A stretch of 64,000 nucleotides of DNA, taken from the NCBI GenBank assembly GCA_951406725.2, contig OX597822.1:100378001-100442000 (forward strand), in the 5' to 3' direction. The DNA is from Octopus vulgaris (lineage: Eukaryota). A program made the position numbers and the translations under genes. Below the pieces are notes generated by a model. It searched no databases. It was not told where the DNA came from and saw nothing but the letters and a program-made list of their open reading frames with translations. Of the stretch, positions 39,479-54,144 are shown in pieces (position 1 is the stretch's first letter; each line of letters starts with the position of its first letter).

Positions 39479-39526
<48 letters not shown>

Positions 39527-39761
39527 ATATGAGTGTATGTGTGTGTGCATGCGTGTGTTTGCCTATGTTTGTCCCCCCCACCATCACTTGACAACCGATG
39601 TCGGTGTGTTTATGTCCCTGTAACTCAGTGGTTCGGCAAAAGAAACCGATAGAACAAATACTAGGCTTACAAAGAATAAATCCTGGGGTCGATTTGTTCG
39701 ACTAAAGGCGGTGCTCCAGCATGGCTGCAGTCAAATGACTGAAACAAAAAAAAGAATAAAA

Positions 39762-39762
<1 letters not shown>
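39326..39762 (+). mobile_element. SINE family A copy
   Basis: Family A body and tail. Confidence 0.8.
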
Positions 39763-39817
<55 letters not shown>

Positions 39818-40037
39818 AAATGAGTACCAAGCTGTACAGGTGTCAATTCATTACGGCCGTTTCAAGTGACTCCTTTGATTGATTAATAAAAACCTTACAG
39901 CATTTGAAAGAAACCGTTCTCTTCAGATGACCGCATAGACTTCAAACATAAACGATATTGAATTAACATTGTTTGGGTGTGCAGTTTATACCGACCTAAC
40001 AAAATGCCTCAGTTTAAATATCTAATTCAACGGGATC

Positions 40038-40125
<88 letters not shown>

Positions 40126-40170
40126 ATATATATATATATGTATGTATACATTTATGTAAGTATATATGTA

Positions 40171-40214
<44 letters not shown>

Positions 40215-40289
40215 CATACATACATACATACATACATACATACATACATACATACATAGTGAGAAGAATTTACAAAAAAGCAACAAAAA

Positions 40290-40450
40290 AAATGACGAAG
40301 ACGGGTGTGTAAACAACAAACAGATGTATTAGTTTAACGCTCAGGAAGTGAGAAAGTCTTTTACGTTTCGAGCCTACGCTCTTCAACAGAAAAGAGCACA
40401 GAAATAAACATGGAGAGAAAATAGAAAAGGTTTAGTGGCTAGCGATCTGT
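40290..40450 (-). mobile_element. Penelope-like terminal-repeat fragment with a hammerhead-like motif
   Basis: Minus strand CTGTTGAA-GAGC(gtag)GCTC-GAAA-CGTA-AAAGA. A related copy lies at ~48280-48420. Confidence 0.45.
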
Positions 40451-40452
40451 CA

Positions 40453-40491
<39 letters not shown>

Positions 40492-40853
40492 CACACATGT
40501 ATATATGTACATACATATGAACATGCGTACTTACATATAAACATACATGCATGTATACGTACATACGCATATAATTGTCGTTTGTTTACGTATGTATGTA
40601 TTTGTGTATATATTTGCGTGCGTTTCTATATCAATGTGTTCGTGCATATACTTTTATTATGAATTGATATGTATTTGCAAAATATATTTACACACACACA
40701 CACACGTACACACACATGTACACACACACACACATGTACACACACACACACTCTCTCTCTCTTTCTCTCTTTCTCTCTCTCTCTCACACACACACATTCT
40801 CTCTCTCACACGCTCACATGCACAGGCACACACACACACACACACATACACAA

Positions 40854-40886
<33 letters not shown>

Positions 40887-41644
40887 CACTCTCTCTCTCT
40901 CTTTCTCTCTTTCTCTCGCTTTCTCTCTCTCTTTCTCTCTCTCTCTCACTCACACACTCTCTCTCTTTCACACGCACACACACGTGAACACACACACAGA
41001 CACATACACACACACACACATACACACACAAACCTAGTAGTAATCAGATGCAGACATACATACACACAAATGTCAGCACATGGCTACACACCAAATCCAA
41101 CAAAATTAATTACAATCTCATTAACGATATTAAAGCAATTTTGTTTTATCGTCGGCACGTTTTTGGCCATTCGAGGGGTTAAGCCACTCCTCTGTTATCG
41201 GAGTAAGTCAAACTCGTGTTTTACCTTTGCCACGCGTAAATACACGTATTATTATTAATCTACCTTAGTAATGAAGAAGTGGTTCGGTTAATTATGATAG
41301 AGTTTATTTTAATACAATGTTAATGTGTCAAACTCGTGTATATGTTATTTTCATTGAGAATATCAATCTAACAGTGAGGATTACTGAGATAAGATTAAGT
41401 TAGAGTATTTTTCGTTTTACATAATCTTTTCACAATAAAACTAGCTTTCACGATTGTTACAAAAGTAACAAATAAAACAAGTCTCTCCATGCTTTTCGTT
41501 GTTAGTTTCCTGTGTGCTTGGGTCGTTTACTTCTCGACCACATAGTTTCAGGTTCAGTTCTAGTGTACGGCACTTTGGGAAAGTGTCTTCTGCGATAACC
41601 CCGGTCCGGTTACAGCCTTGCGAGGGGATATAGTGGACGGAAAT

Positions 41645-41748
<104 letters not shown>

Positions 41749-42162
41749 GGCGCAGGAGTGGCTGTGTGGTAAGTAGCTTGTTTACCAACCACGTGGTTCC
41801 GGGTTCAGTCCCACTGCGTGGCATCTTGTGCAAGTGTCTTCTCTATAGCCCCGGGCCGACCAATGCCATGTGAGTGGATTTGGTAGACGGAAACTGAAAG
41901 AAGCCTGTCGTTTATATGTATATATATATATATAAGTGTGTGTGTGTATGTTTGTGTGTCTGTGTTTGTCCCCCTAGTATTGCTTGACAACCGATGCTGG
42001 TGTGTTTACGTCCCCGTCACTTAGCGGTACGATATAATGAGTACTGGGCTTACAAAAAGAATAAGTCCCCGGGGGTCGATTTGCTCGACTAAAAGGCGGT
42101 GCTCCAGCATGGCCGCAGTCAAATGACTGAAACAAGTAAAAGAGTAAAAGAGAGTAAAAGAG
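41749..42162 (+). mobile_element. SINE family A, full length
   Basis: GGCGCAGGAGTGGCTGTG head, reiterated GAGTAAAA tail. Confidence 0.85.
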
Positions 42163-42697
42163 CATATGTGGGCACAGGACGTCACAAAACGTAAACAACA
42201 AAAAAATACGAAGTACGAGGATTTTGGTAATAAAACCGATCTGGAACATCTCGTATAATATGAATAAAACACCTCGCACAGATCTAGGCCTTGTTGGTGA
42301 TATCAGCATTACCAAATATGATAAAAAATTTTTTATCATATCAAAGACAATACCATATAATACCGGAAGCAGAAACAGCTGTTAGATGGTATAGAGTCTA
42401 TTTGTATTGAATTAATAAATAATAATTGATTTAAGTCAGTTGTTGCTGATCAATATTTCTTCATTTTCTGTTTACTTTAAATTTGATTCCTGATAAACTC
42501 ATGTTTATCTGCATCCTTTAAGGCCCTCATGCTTTCCGAAATCCGCCGAAACTACACCTGATTGTCCCCTTTCCATACTCATACACATATGTGTAAGTCA
42601 TGACTCATGCACTGTTCTTTTCCTGACGCTTGTACATTACCCTATGTACTATACATACACTTTAGATGAGTTGTAGTGCACCTGAGCACTGTACACA

Positions 42698-42756
<59 letters not shown>

Positions 42757-42907
42757 CTTTGTCATTACCTGTAATCTATGAGCATAATATGCTTGCATAT
42801 GTATGTCCAGGGTTAACATACGTAATTATACCGGTAGTATAATGAATACTTTTATCCCTTAGACAGTTATTCCAACCTCGAACTCTACTATCCACACACA
42901 CACACAC

Positions 42908-42946
<39 letters not shown>

Positions 42947-43015
42947 TGTGTACATATATGCATATACATACATAATATGCACATACATAATATGTACATA
43001 TATGCATATACATAC

Positions 43016-43049
<34 letters not shown>

Positions 43050-43237
43050 TATACATACATAATACATACATACATATACACATAATATATACATACATGT
43101 ATATGTGCATATACATTTATATATATATATACATACACATATGCTCAAATATGTGTGCGTGTATATATACATACATATATATATATATATATGCGTACAC
43201 ATACATACATACATACATACATACATACATACATACA

Positions 43238-43271
<34 letters not shown>

Positions 43272-43275
43272 CATA

Positions 43276-44207
43276 ATGCTTCAATCGGACCTGCGCGCAG
43301 TAACCCAGTGCCCCCACCACCAAAAAAAAGCAATATGCAGTTGAACGAAAAAAAAAGCTCATCCCCTTTAGAAGAGAGGGCTCACACAAACAACCACATA
43401 CACTACCGTCCGGCGACCTACTTGAATCGTCGGATAATATCAGAGACTTAGGTGTACCTGTTGATAGCAACCTTAGTTGGAGTGTGCACATCAACAAAAA
43501 GTCGATGTTGCCCCCAGAATGTCCTCATGGATCCTCAGAACTTTCCAATCTAAGGTTCATGAAACCATCATCCTTCTCTTCTCCACATTCGCTAGGGCCC
43601 ACCACGAATACTGCTGCCCATTGTGGTCCCCACCACAGAAAACAAGACATAATGAGGATCGAAGCGCCACAAAGATCAATCACAAAAAAATAAATAAAAC
43701 AAATGGCATGATGGGATTTGATTATTGGGCTCCTCGACTTAAACAGCTGAAGCTCTATTCTCTGCAGCGCCGCTGTGAGCGTTACATTATTTGCACCATG
43801 TGGAAAATATTCCACCAATATTATCCAAATGATATCGGTATTATGTTTACAATTCTATCAAGACTAGGCTCCCGTGCAACGCGTCCCCTACAAAGGTCGA
43901 GATCACATCACATAAGGACATTGCGACACGATTTCTTCACGGCAAATGGTCCTGCACTTTTCAATGTTATCCCAAAAGAAATTGAGGTAGAAAAAGACCT
44001 CACAATTTTTAAACAGTACCTGGACAAATTTCTCCAGGGAATACCGGACAAACCACTTACACCTGGATACGTCTCAACCAACAACAACTCTCTGCTGGAG
44101 TGGTCCATGGTGTTCCGAAATGATTAACTAAAAGACTTTTCCAGGTGGTGCTATTGAGTTAGTCATGGCCTGGGCAGATAATGGCCGAAACCAATCTAAG
44201 TTATCTA

Positions 44208-44211
<4 letters not shown>
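43276..44211 (+). mobile_element. CR1-like LINE 3' fragment (decayed RT C-terminus plus 3'UTR)
   Basis: LQSDL..NMQLN..RDLGV.VDSNLSW..HEYCCPLWSP..LKLYSLQRR.ERY..FKQYLDKFLQGIPDKP..NNNSLLEW*, followed by a short (ATCTAAGTT)2 tail. Frameshifted. Confidence 0.85.
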
Positions 44212-44267
<56 letters not shown>

Positions 44268-44274
<7 letters not shown>

Positions 44275-44541
44275 AAGCTGAAGTTGTCTGTGTGTGTGTG
44301 GCAGGTTTGGTAGCTTTCAACTAACACTATCTCCTCCGAGACCCTGCGGCGCAAGTTGACCAAAATTGAGAGTATGATAGAAGAAGGCTTGCTCTTCATT
44401 CCGTAGAAGAAAAAATTCAAAAATTGTTCACTTAAAGAGAATAACAAACTACATAATGCAAAAGTCTTACTTTTCAAAAATTCCAATTCTAAAGGGTCGA
44501 AAAGAAAGTAAACCCGAGCAACGCCGGGTTATACGGCTTGT
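44268..44541 (+). mobile_element. Non-autonomous Helitron-like element
   Basis: TATATAAAGCTG..GTTGT head. The 3' hairpin CCCGAGCAACGCCGGG is shared with 46710-47730 and is followed by a CTTGT (CTAGT-like) end. Confidence 0.55.
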
Positions 44542-44730
44542 ATATATACGTTCACATAGGTATATGCATATACATATTCCGGGGGTGTCTGTCTGCTTTT
44601 ACCATCATGTCTTTACATCACGTGGTAGATGAGCCTCACTGTCATACAAGCGATGTCCTTTCGTTTTTTTCAGTCATGGAGGAAATATCTTGCTTGGTAA
44701 CGCGTGAAAACTTAGAAATTCTGCCTTAAA

Positions 44731-44913
44731 CCCCTTACCCAACAATTATTTTGAAAATAAATGTATTTTTTCAGACATATTTTTTAATTGTTTTATTTTA
44801 CTATGTTTTGAATGGTGTTTTGGCGAGTCTATCTTTTGACGAGTTAACTCGCCAGAGATAGAAAAAAACGATTTCGGTCAAAACGCATATATTGGTTTCT
44901 GCCGGGTAAGGGG
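44731..44913. mobile_element. piggyBac-like MITE
   Basis: CCCCTTACCC ... GGGTAAGGGG-TTAA. Confidence 0.6.
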
Positions 44914-45771
44914 TTAACAACGAATTCTGTCTAACCCATGCAAGCATGCAAAAGTGGACGTTAGAATGACGACGAAGACAACGATAATGACGATGATGTT
45001 GCTGACGACGATGCTCTTAAAGCTAGTAAGAATATTATCTTCAGAGAAGTTACATTCTTATGAATATTTGATAACAGTTCCATCAAATATGTATGACGAA
45101 TTCTTTTCTCAATGCCAAATTTAGACAACAAAGACACAAAATGGAAAGTCAGAAAATTGATAAAATTATCAAGAGAATATTTCATTTCCCTTGCGATAAA
45201 CAAGATTTGATGCTAATACTTGGCACCATTCTGTATGATAATGTTTGAATGAGAATTAGAAAGCAATAAAAAGATATATCTATGGTCTTTATGATTTCTC
45301 TGAGAATCATCTACACGAATAAAAGATGCGATGCGTTAGATTAAATAAACGTTATTGCTGATATCACCAACGAGGTCTAAATCTGTGGGAAGTGTTTCTT
45401 TTTTTTTTTCTCTTTCTTTATATTCCATGTTTTGATTTTCTCCAGTCAATTCACATGAGTTTCTGAAAGCAGTTACGCATACATACATACACACATACAT
45501 ACATACATACATACATACAAACATACATACATACATACATACATACATACATACATACATACATACATACATACATACATACATACATAACATACATACA
45601 TACATACATAACATAAATACATATATACATGCATGCATACAGAACATAAATGCATACATGCATAACATAAATACACACATGGGTATATACATATATGTAT
45701 GTATATACACATACATGTATACGTACACATATATACTTACATACATGTGTACATATACATGAATGTATTCT

Positions 45772-45853
<82 letters not shown>

Positions 45854-46709
45854 CATAAGTAGTTGCATAAATACATATATGATAACATATATATATATAT
45901 ATAATTTATATATAATTTATATATGACATTATGATATACGATATATGATAATATGATATTACGAAAGGATACATACGCATATACTCTTATACACACGCGT
46001 ACAAACACACGCATACTCACATATATATACAAACGTGTATATATTCATACATGTTTATATATAGGTATACATATATACATACATATATGTATATACATGC
46101 ATGTATTCTTATATTTATATAAATGAGTTGATACATAAATTTATCATGTAATTTATACATGATATTACGATTTATACATGATATTCTTACACACACACAC
46201 ATACACACGCACACGCGCGCACACATACACACATACACACGCACAGACATTATGATATATGACATATGATAATATGATATTACAAAGGGATACATGCGCA
46301 TCAATTCTTATACACACAAACACACACACATACATACAACATGTATAAATTAGGTTATATTCTGTACAGAATGTAGTAGAGTATTGCAAAAAGCTCGTTC
46401 ACCTCCATATTTCACCCAGTGCTATCCAACAGTAGTAGAGGAACATTTATTTGTAATCACTACAATTGTTTCCACACAGCATAGTTCTCCAGGCTCGCAG
46501 GTATTTGGTTATGTAACCGTTTCCCTGCATTCTGAGATCTTGCGCTTCATCAGGTGATACATAAATATTGTTTCTGTGTTCTGCAAACTCAAATTTGGGG
46601 TTTTTTACCGCATCCCTTCTGTCTGTCTGTCGTGAATATACGAAATAGTAGTGATCACACAGTATGTCGAAATGTGATTTTGGTTGAAAGATAATTATAT
46701 ATATATATA

Positions 46710-47730
46710 TCTATATATATAAAACTGTAGTTGTGTGAGTGTCTGTCCCCTTCGATTTAGATTCCTAACTCCTCCCACATTTTGCGGTGCAGTTTAACCA
46801 AATTCGGGTATCTTATAGTCGTGATTCATATCGAGCCCGTCTGACTATTAGCGCGCGTCAACGATGAGTCTACGATTTTAAAAATAATTTAACATCATTT
46901 TTTATTCCATTTTAATGCATAAAATGCATCGTATGTCGATGGCGGCGGAGTTGGCGTCCACGCTCACAGCTGCACCTGTTTGCTTCTTCCCCTTCCCTCC
47001 CTCGTGAAGCTGTGGGGAAGGGAGTGTAAAGAAATCAACGTCGTAATGCGTTGTGAAGGAAACCAGCGTTCTTTTAGAACAACGACTTCATGGCTTGAAG
47101 ACACCAAAACAAAAATGGCTAAGAAAGCCCGAATTTATAAGGGAAGTAACTCTCTAAAAATGCTTATATAGTTATTTCCCTTACAAACCCGAGCAACGCC
47201 GGGCGATACTGCTAGTATATATATAAAACTGTAGTTGTGTGAGTGTCTGTCCCCTTCGATTTAGATTCCTAACTACTCCCACATTTTGCGGTGCAGTTTA
47301 ACCAAATTCGGGTATCTTATAGTCGTGATTCATATCGAGCCCGTCTGAGTATTAGCGCGCGTCTACGATGAGTCTACGATTTAAAAAATAATTTAACATC
47401 ATTTTTTATTCCATTTTAATGCATAATTTTTCGTGTGTCGATGGCGGCGGAGTTGGCGTCCACGCTCAAACACCTGCACTTGTTTGCTTCTTCCCCTTCT
47501 TCCCTCCCTCGTGAAGCTGTGGGGAAGGGAGTGTAAGGAAATCAACGTCGTAAAGCGTTGTCAAGGAGACCAGCGTTCTTTTAGAACAACGACTTCATGG
47601 CTTGAAGACACCAAAACAGAAATGGCTAAGAAAGCCCGAGAATTGGCATCTATAAAGGAAGTAACTCTCTAAAAATGCTTATATAGTTATTTCCCTTACA
47701 AACCCGAGCAACGCCGGGCTATACTGCTAG
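46710..47730 (+). mobile_element. Two head-to-tail non-autonomous Helitron-like elements (46710-47215, 47216-47730)
   Basis: 5' TC(TATATATATAAAAC) in the first copy. Both ~510-bp copies end in the hairpin CCCGAGCAACGCCGGG and CTAG|T. No TIRs or TSD. Confidence 0.8.
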
Positions 47731-47849
47731 TATATATATAAGGATAAAATCTATATAAGAATTTATCAAGCAGCCAAGCGCGAAAAACCAGTTCAGGAAA
47801 AAAAATTAATACAGAATAAGCAATTTTTCTCTTTAAACATGAATACATT

Positions 47850-48056
47850 CTTTATATTAAGGGCCATTACTACACGTAAATGCCTCACGCTGTTATGGGA
47901 CTCTGAAGTCAAACTACTTTAATAAATATACACGGCACCGAAAGTGGGGGAATGCAACTTGGAAGCTACCTTTTAAAAATAGATTTAGTCGCAAATCATT
48001 AATGATTTCATAACAGCGTGAGGCATTTACGTGTAGTAATAGACTTTAATATAAAG
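47850..48056. repeat. Foldback element with a perfect 32-bp inverted core
   Basis: ATTACTACACGTAAATGCCTCACGCTGTTATG (47866-47897) is inverted at 48009-48040; arms extend imperfectly to ~48 bp. Confidence 0.8.
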
Positions 48057-48066
48057 TGTATGTATG

Positions 48067-48118
<52 letters not shown>

Positions 48119-48129
48119 TATATATATGC

Positions 48130-48191
<62 letters not shown>

Positions 48192-48539
48192 ATGCATGTG
48201 TGTGTATATGTATGTATGTATGCATGTGTGAATGTATATATGTATATGTACAGTTGAAATTTACAGAGAAACTAAAATACAAAGACAGGTGTATAAACAA
48301 CAGGCAGGTGTATTAGTTTGACGCTTGGGAAGGCGAGAAAGTCTTTTACGTTTCAAGCCTATGCTCTTCAACAGAAAGGAACACGAGGAAATAAATAGAG
48401 AGAGAATAAAAGAAAACTTGTGGACATATGTATATATATAGGTATATGTATATGTGTTGTGTGTGTGTGTGTGTGTATATATATATGTATGTATAAATAT
48501 GTGTGTGTGGATGTGTATATATATATATATATATGAGTA

Positions 48540-48598
<59 letters not shown>

Positions 48599-49146
48599 GC
48601 AAACATACATACATGCATACAAAGACAAACATTCATGCACATGCACTTGCATACTTTGTTATTGATTTGTTCATTAACCGAGTGATTAAGCAAACTGTCG
48701 ATTAGTTAGTTGGTTAAATAAGTAACAAATTTACTAATAATAAAGAAGTGAAACTGAAACAGGGCATGTGATTATATTGGCGTAATGACCCTTCAAAAGT
48801 CCGTACAAGAAAATTTATTTTAGCTTACGAGTGTACATCAAGAATTTTGTAAACCAATTGAAGCTTAGACTTAATTTAGGATGAAACCAATTTAAGATTA
48901 AAGAGTAAACCAATTTAAGATTAAACTTGATTACACAATATACAGTATGTTGGTAGCTAGCAAGCTGAAACTTCGAAGACACTGTCAAATTTTTCTATGT
49001 GTGCATGTGTATGTACACACACACACACACACACACAATATAATTAAAATAAAATAAAAGAAAGTTGAGCTTTCTTTATTAAAGTTTCCCTGGATGTTGG
49101 TATCTGAGTATTATCGTCGTCGTTGTCATCGCGGTCATCATATATG

Positions 49147-49373
49147 TTTCTTTATTACCCACAAGGGGCTAAACATAGAGGGGACAAACAAGGACAGACA
49201 AACGAATTAAGTCGATTACATCGACTCCAGTGCGTAACTGGTACTTATTTAATCGACCCCGAAAGGATGAAAGGCAAAGTCGACCTCGGCGGAATTTGAA
49301 CTCAGAACGTAACGGCAGACGAAATACGGCTACGCATTTTGCTCGGCGCGCTAACGTTTCTGCCAGCTCGCCG
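49147..49373 (-). mobile_element. SINE family B, dispersed full-length copy
   Basis: Reverse complement of the 246-bp array unit without the linker. Older copies follow at ~49440-49945 and 50650-51100. Confidence 0.85.
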
Positions 49374-49990
49374 TCCTCAAATATTCGTTGTTGTTGCTTA
49401 GGTCAGCTCTGAGCGAGTAAACCTATGATGAATTTATAATATTGGTTTCAAGTTTTGGCACAGAGCTGGCAATTTCGGGGGCGGATATAAGTCGCTAACA
49501 TCGACCCCGAAAAATAAAGTAGACCTTGGCGAAATTTGAGCTCAGCTCACGAAGACGAATTGCCTATGAGCATTTTGCCCGACGTACTAAGAATTCTGCC
49601 AGCTCGCCGCTTTCAATATATATATATGATATTTATTTCACATTTTGTTACGAGACCAATAATTTTAGGTGGTGGGGGGTTTAGTCGATTATATTGACCC
49701 CTGTGATTAACTGGTACTTATTTTATCGACCTCGAAAGGATGAAAGACTCAGTCGACTTCGATGGAATTTGAGCTCAGAACGTAAAGACAGATGATATGC
49801 CGCTATGCATTTTGCCCGATGTGCTAACGATTCTGGCTGCTCATCGCTTTCAGCAACAATATATAATATTAGTTTCAAATTTTGACTCTGGAGGAATTTG
49901 AACTCAGAACGTGGACGAAATGCCGCTAAGCACTTCGCCCGGCGTGCTATTAACAATAGATATTAACCATTTATATTGTACGTTCATAAA

Positions 49991-50396
49991 CAGGAGTGGC
50001 TGTGTGGTAAGTAGCTTGCTAACCAACCACATGGTTCCGGGTTCAGTCCCACTGCGTGGCATCTTGGGCAAGTGTCTTCTGCTATAGCCCCGGGCCGACC
50101 AATGCCTTGTGAGTGGATTTAGTAGACGGAAACTGAAAGAAGCCTGTCGTATATATGTATATATATAAGTGTGTGTGAATATGTTTGTGTGTCTGTGTTT
50201 GACCCCCCTAGCATTGCTTGACAACCGATGCTGGTGTGTTTACGTCCCCGTCACTTAGCGGTTCGGCAAAAGAGACCGATAGAATAAGTACTGGGCTCAC
50301 AAAGAATAAGTCCCGGGGTCGATTTGCTCAACTAAAGGCGGTGTTCCAGCATGGCCGCAGTCAAATGACTGAAACAAGTAAAAGAGTAAAAGAGTA
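49991..50396 (+). mobile_element. SINE family A, full length
   Basis: Family A head to GAGTAAAA tail. Confidence 0.85.
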
Positions 50397-51851
50397 ATAT
50401 AATCAAGCAAGTTACTACAAAAGTTTAACAGTAATGATAACGCAACAGAGCCATCACTAGAGCAACAGGACGGTATAACAGCAGTATCAATAAAACTTTA
50501 CTACGTGTTCTAATCCCGCATAGCTTTTTCTTTTTTTTTTTTTTTGCATTTTTCCGGGTGTCGATAAAATTAGGAACTGTGAAATATCCGAGTCGCCATA
50601 TTCAACTTCTCCTTGTTTCAACGATAAATATCTAAATGATAAAATTGATACTGGTTTCGAATTTTGGTACAAGGCCAGCAATTTCGGAGGCGAGTTCCAG
50701 TCGATTTACATCGACCCCAGTTTTCAAATGGTACTTATTTTATCGACCCGAAAGAATGAAAGGCAAAGTTGACCGCGGCGGAATTTGAACTCAGAACGTA
50801 AAGACGGACGAAATGCCGCTAAGCATTTTGCCCGACGCACCGCTAACGATTCTGTCAGTTCGCCTCGTTAATGATGAAATTAATGTTAAAAATTGTAGAT
50901 CGTTGGACAAAATACTTTGCTGTATCTGCTCTGGCTTTTTGCGTTGTGTGTTCAAATACCTATTTCTTTATTACCCACAAGGGGCTAAACACAGAGGGGA
51001 CAAACAAGGACAGACTTAGGTATTAAGTCGATTACATCGACCCCAGTGCGTAACTGGTACTTAATTTATCGACCCCGAAAGGATGAAAGGCAAAGTTGAC
51101 TTCAAATACCGCCGAGATCAACTCTGCACCTTTTCCCCTCCGGCATTGTGTTTATATCTGCTTGTAATTTCATACAGATCTATAATAATTAGCGAAAGTA
51201 TATGTAGCATTAAGGCAAACTCATTCTCGTGTGGCGGATAGCTGCACTTTAATTTGTAACCTATTGCTTGTGTGTTTCCCAATCGAAACACATGTCCTCC
51301 TCACTCTGCACATTTTCTTGCGATCCACACAAATTGTTCACCAGTTTCTCATTGTCTGTTTAAAGAACTGAGAAGTTCCAAGGGTAAAATACACAAGAAA
51401 TTACACTTCTTTCTGGGTAAGGGGTGCACTTTATGGTACCTGAACATTACCTCTCGCCCACAAGTCCTAAAAGAGTCGCCCACAGAAAGATTTTCGTATT
51501 AACGAGAAAAATACAGAATAACCAGTATAAATGCTTATAAAATGTATGCCTGTTTATATAATTGGTTGTTAACAACCTCAACGCATGTTTTCATAAGCAT
51601 TCAGCAACTGCCGTGAAAACCGTTAGAAAGGCCGAATTTTCCGGAACAATGGCATAATGAAATAAAAAAGCATTCAAACTCCAGAAAATCAAATATTTAG
51701 GCATATTGTAGCAATTAAGAGTCACATCTAATTTAAAAAAAAGCATCTATTATTAATTTATTGAAATTAAAAAGCTTAATAAAAATCTTTAATTATATTA
51801 ACGAAACTATTGAATCAAAATCGAATCGAATTAAAAATACCCCTCGTCGTA

Positions 51852-51888
<37 letters not shown>

Positions 51889-51891
51889 TCG

Positions 51892-51924
<33 letters not shown>

Positions 51925-52754
51925 GAGTACTGGGTTCGATGTAATCGACTGGCCCCTTTCCACAAAATTTCGGACCTTGAGCCCATAGTAGAAACATTGA
52001 CACAAGAGCCGATGGCTTTGTTTATAATTTCAGCAAACAAACTGTTTGCTGATCAGTGCCGATGTCTTCACACTAATAATAAATCATTATTTGCATTTGA
52101 ATAGTGAGATCTTTTATTTTTAATTAATTAATATGAGAACCAAAATAATCACGTTCTGCATTTTGCAGAAAACCTCTTTACAGACACATTCTATAATCTT
52201 TTAATAGTTTGTGCATGAATATTTCTATCCAATGGGAAACCCAAATTAATGGAGTTAGTTATTATTAGATGTTCACAATCCATATTGCAAACATCATAAT
52301 ACTCCGACCACCATTTTATTTTCCAGTATATACCGTTAATGATGGATTGCCAATGACTTATAAAGATAAAAATCACGCTATTATAATAAACAATGGGGAG
52401 GACAATTTTTGTCCGTAATGATTAAAAATAAATGCTTGTGTTTCATTTATTATGCAAATACTGAAATATCAAAGAGACACAAAATGGAAAACTTTTATAC
52501 TCTTACTAATACTGCTCATAAAACACTCGCAATACTAACAATGTTGTTTTCAAATTTTTACATTCGGAAATGCAAAAACAAAAAGAAAAAAAAAAGAAAA
52601 GAAAAAAATTGGTAGGCGGAAGGAAGAGTTAATTTTCAAGCATGGAAAGCAATACACGTTTTTCTCAAATAGTCGATATTTGGGTTCCTACTAACTGCAA
52701 CAATTTGAGGGTCCTATGTAATTGTAAAGCACACACACACACACATACATACAT

Positions 52755-53625
52755 AGTGGTTGTCTACTCCTTATGCAGAGTCTGACCACCTTCTGTACCT
52801 ACACCTTAGCCCCAACACGGCATCTGATGTGGCTTTTTAAACCAGACAATGTTCTGAAAAGACACCCACATAGATTGCCTATCCGATTTGGACCACCAAA
52901 AGCTGCTGATAAGTTCTGATCTTTGTGGATCTTAAAATGTCTTTTGAAGCCTCCATTAGATTTGCAAACCTTCTGGCATACACTGCATTCAAAGGTGTGC
53001 ACTGACTTATAGGCAGAATAGTTGGTGGAGGTTCGTTTTCCAGGGTTTCGCAAATGAGATTTGAGCCCAGCAAAAGAAAGGTATGGTTTGTCACAAACTG
53101 TGCACACAAAAAGGTCATTGTCATTTACTTTCTTAATCGTAACATTCTTCCTTAGATCTCTTTTGAGTCTTACATGCGTTATCCTGGCCTCTTCAAACGC
53201 TTTCACTCCACTCCACACTTTTGTTCGCCATCCAGCTGGATACGAAGCAAGGGTTTCTATGACTTCTGGATCAATTCCAAGTGACTTCATAGTAGTTCTT
53301 ATGCCGTCCTTAAACCTTTTTTTAAGGTTTACGCCGATAGCATTTTCCCTCAGCAAGCTCACCATCAAACAACTGTTTCAGCACGCGTCCATCCGCCGTT
53401 CGAGCAATATGGACACACTATCTCATTTGGTTCCTCAAAATCATAACTTTAATTGAAGTAATGCCTGCAGATGCAAGGATATCTGTGTTTGGAGAAAAAG
53501 AACTCCATTTTATGCTTAAAATGCGATGAAGGCATTTTTGGTGGAAATGTTCTAACATTTTAAAAAACCTTTCATAAGTCCACGTTTCACAAGAATACAT
53601 CAAAATATCCATAAAAAATCTGTAA
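52755..53625 (-). mobile_element. RTE-clade LINE 3' fragment ending in three C2H2-like zinc fingers
   Basis: LMYSCETWT..LEHFHQKCLHRILSIKW..NTDIL..LKQLFDGEL..KKRFKD..WR (RTE signature), then CTVC..GLKSHLR, CSVC..GFKRHFKIH and xNLC..GLKSHIR. Confidence 0.8.
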
Positions 53626-53723
<98 letters not shown>

Positions 53724-54144
53724 ACACATACACACACACACACACATACACACACATATCTTTTATAGTTGAGTACTAGCTTTTCTTTCATCGACCAACA
53801 CCTCTGTACTTCTAAACTGTTAGTCTTACGCCAAATTTCGAAAGCAAAAGCGGCCGGTTGGTAGAATCGTTATCACCCCGGACAAATGCTTAGCAACAGG
53901 TATTTCGTCCGTCTTTACGTTCCGAGTTCAAATTTCGCCGAGGTCCACTTTGCCTTTCATCCTTTCGGGGGTCGATAAAATAAGTACTAGTTGAACACTG
54001 AGGTCAATCTAAACGGCTTTCCCCCTCACCCGAAATTGCTGGCCTTGTGTCAAAAATTGAAACCAATATTGTTTCTGTCGAGGTCGACTCTTCCTTTATC
54101 CTTTCGGAGATGGATAAAATAAGTACCAGCTGGAGTCGATGTAA

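Noticed and set aside
52799-53368. Host C2H2 zinc-finger gene
   Set aside because: The fingers are in frame with an RTE LINE C-terminus and lack TGEKP linkers.
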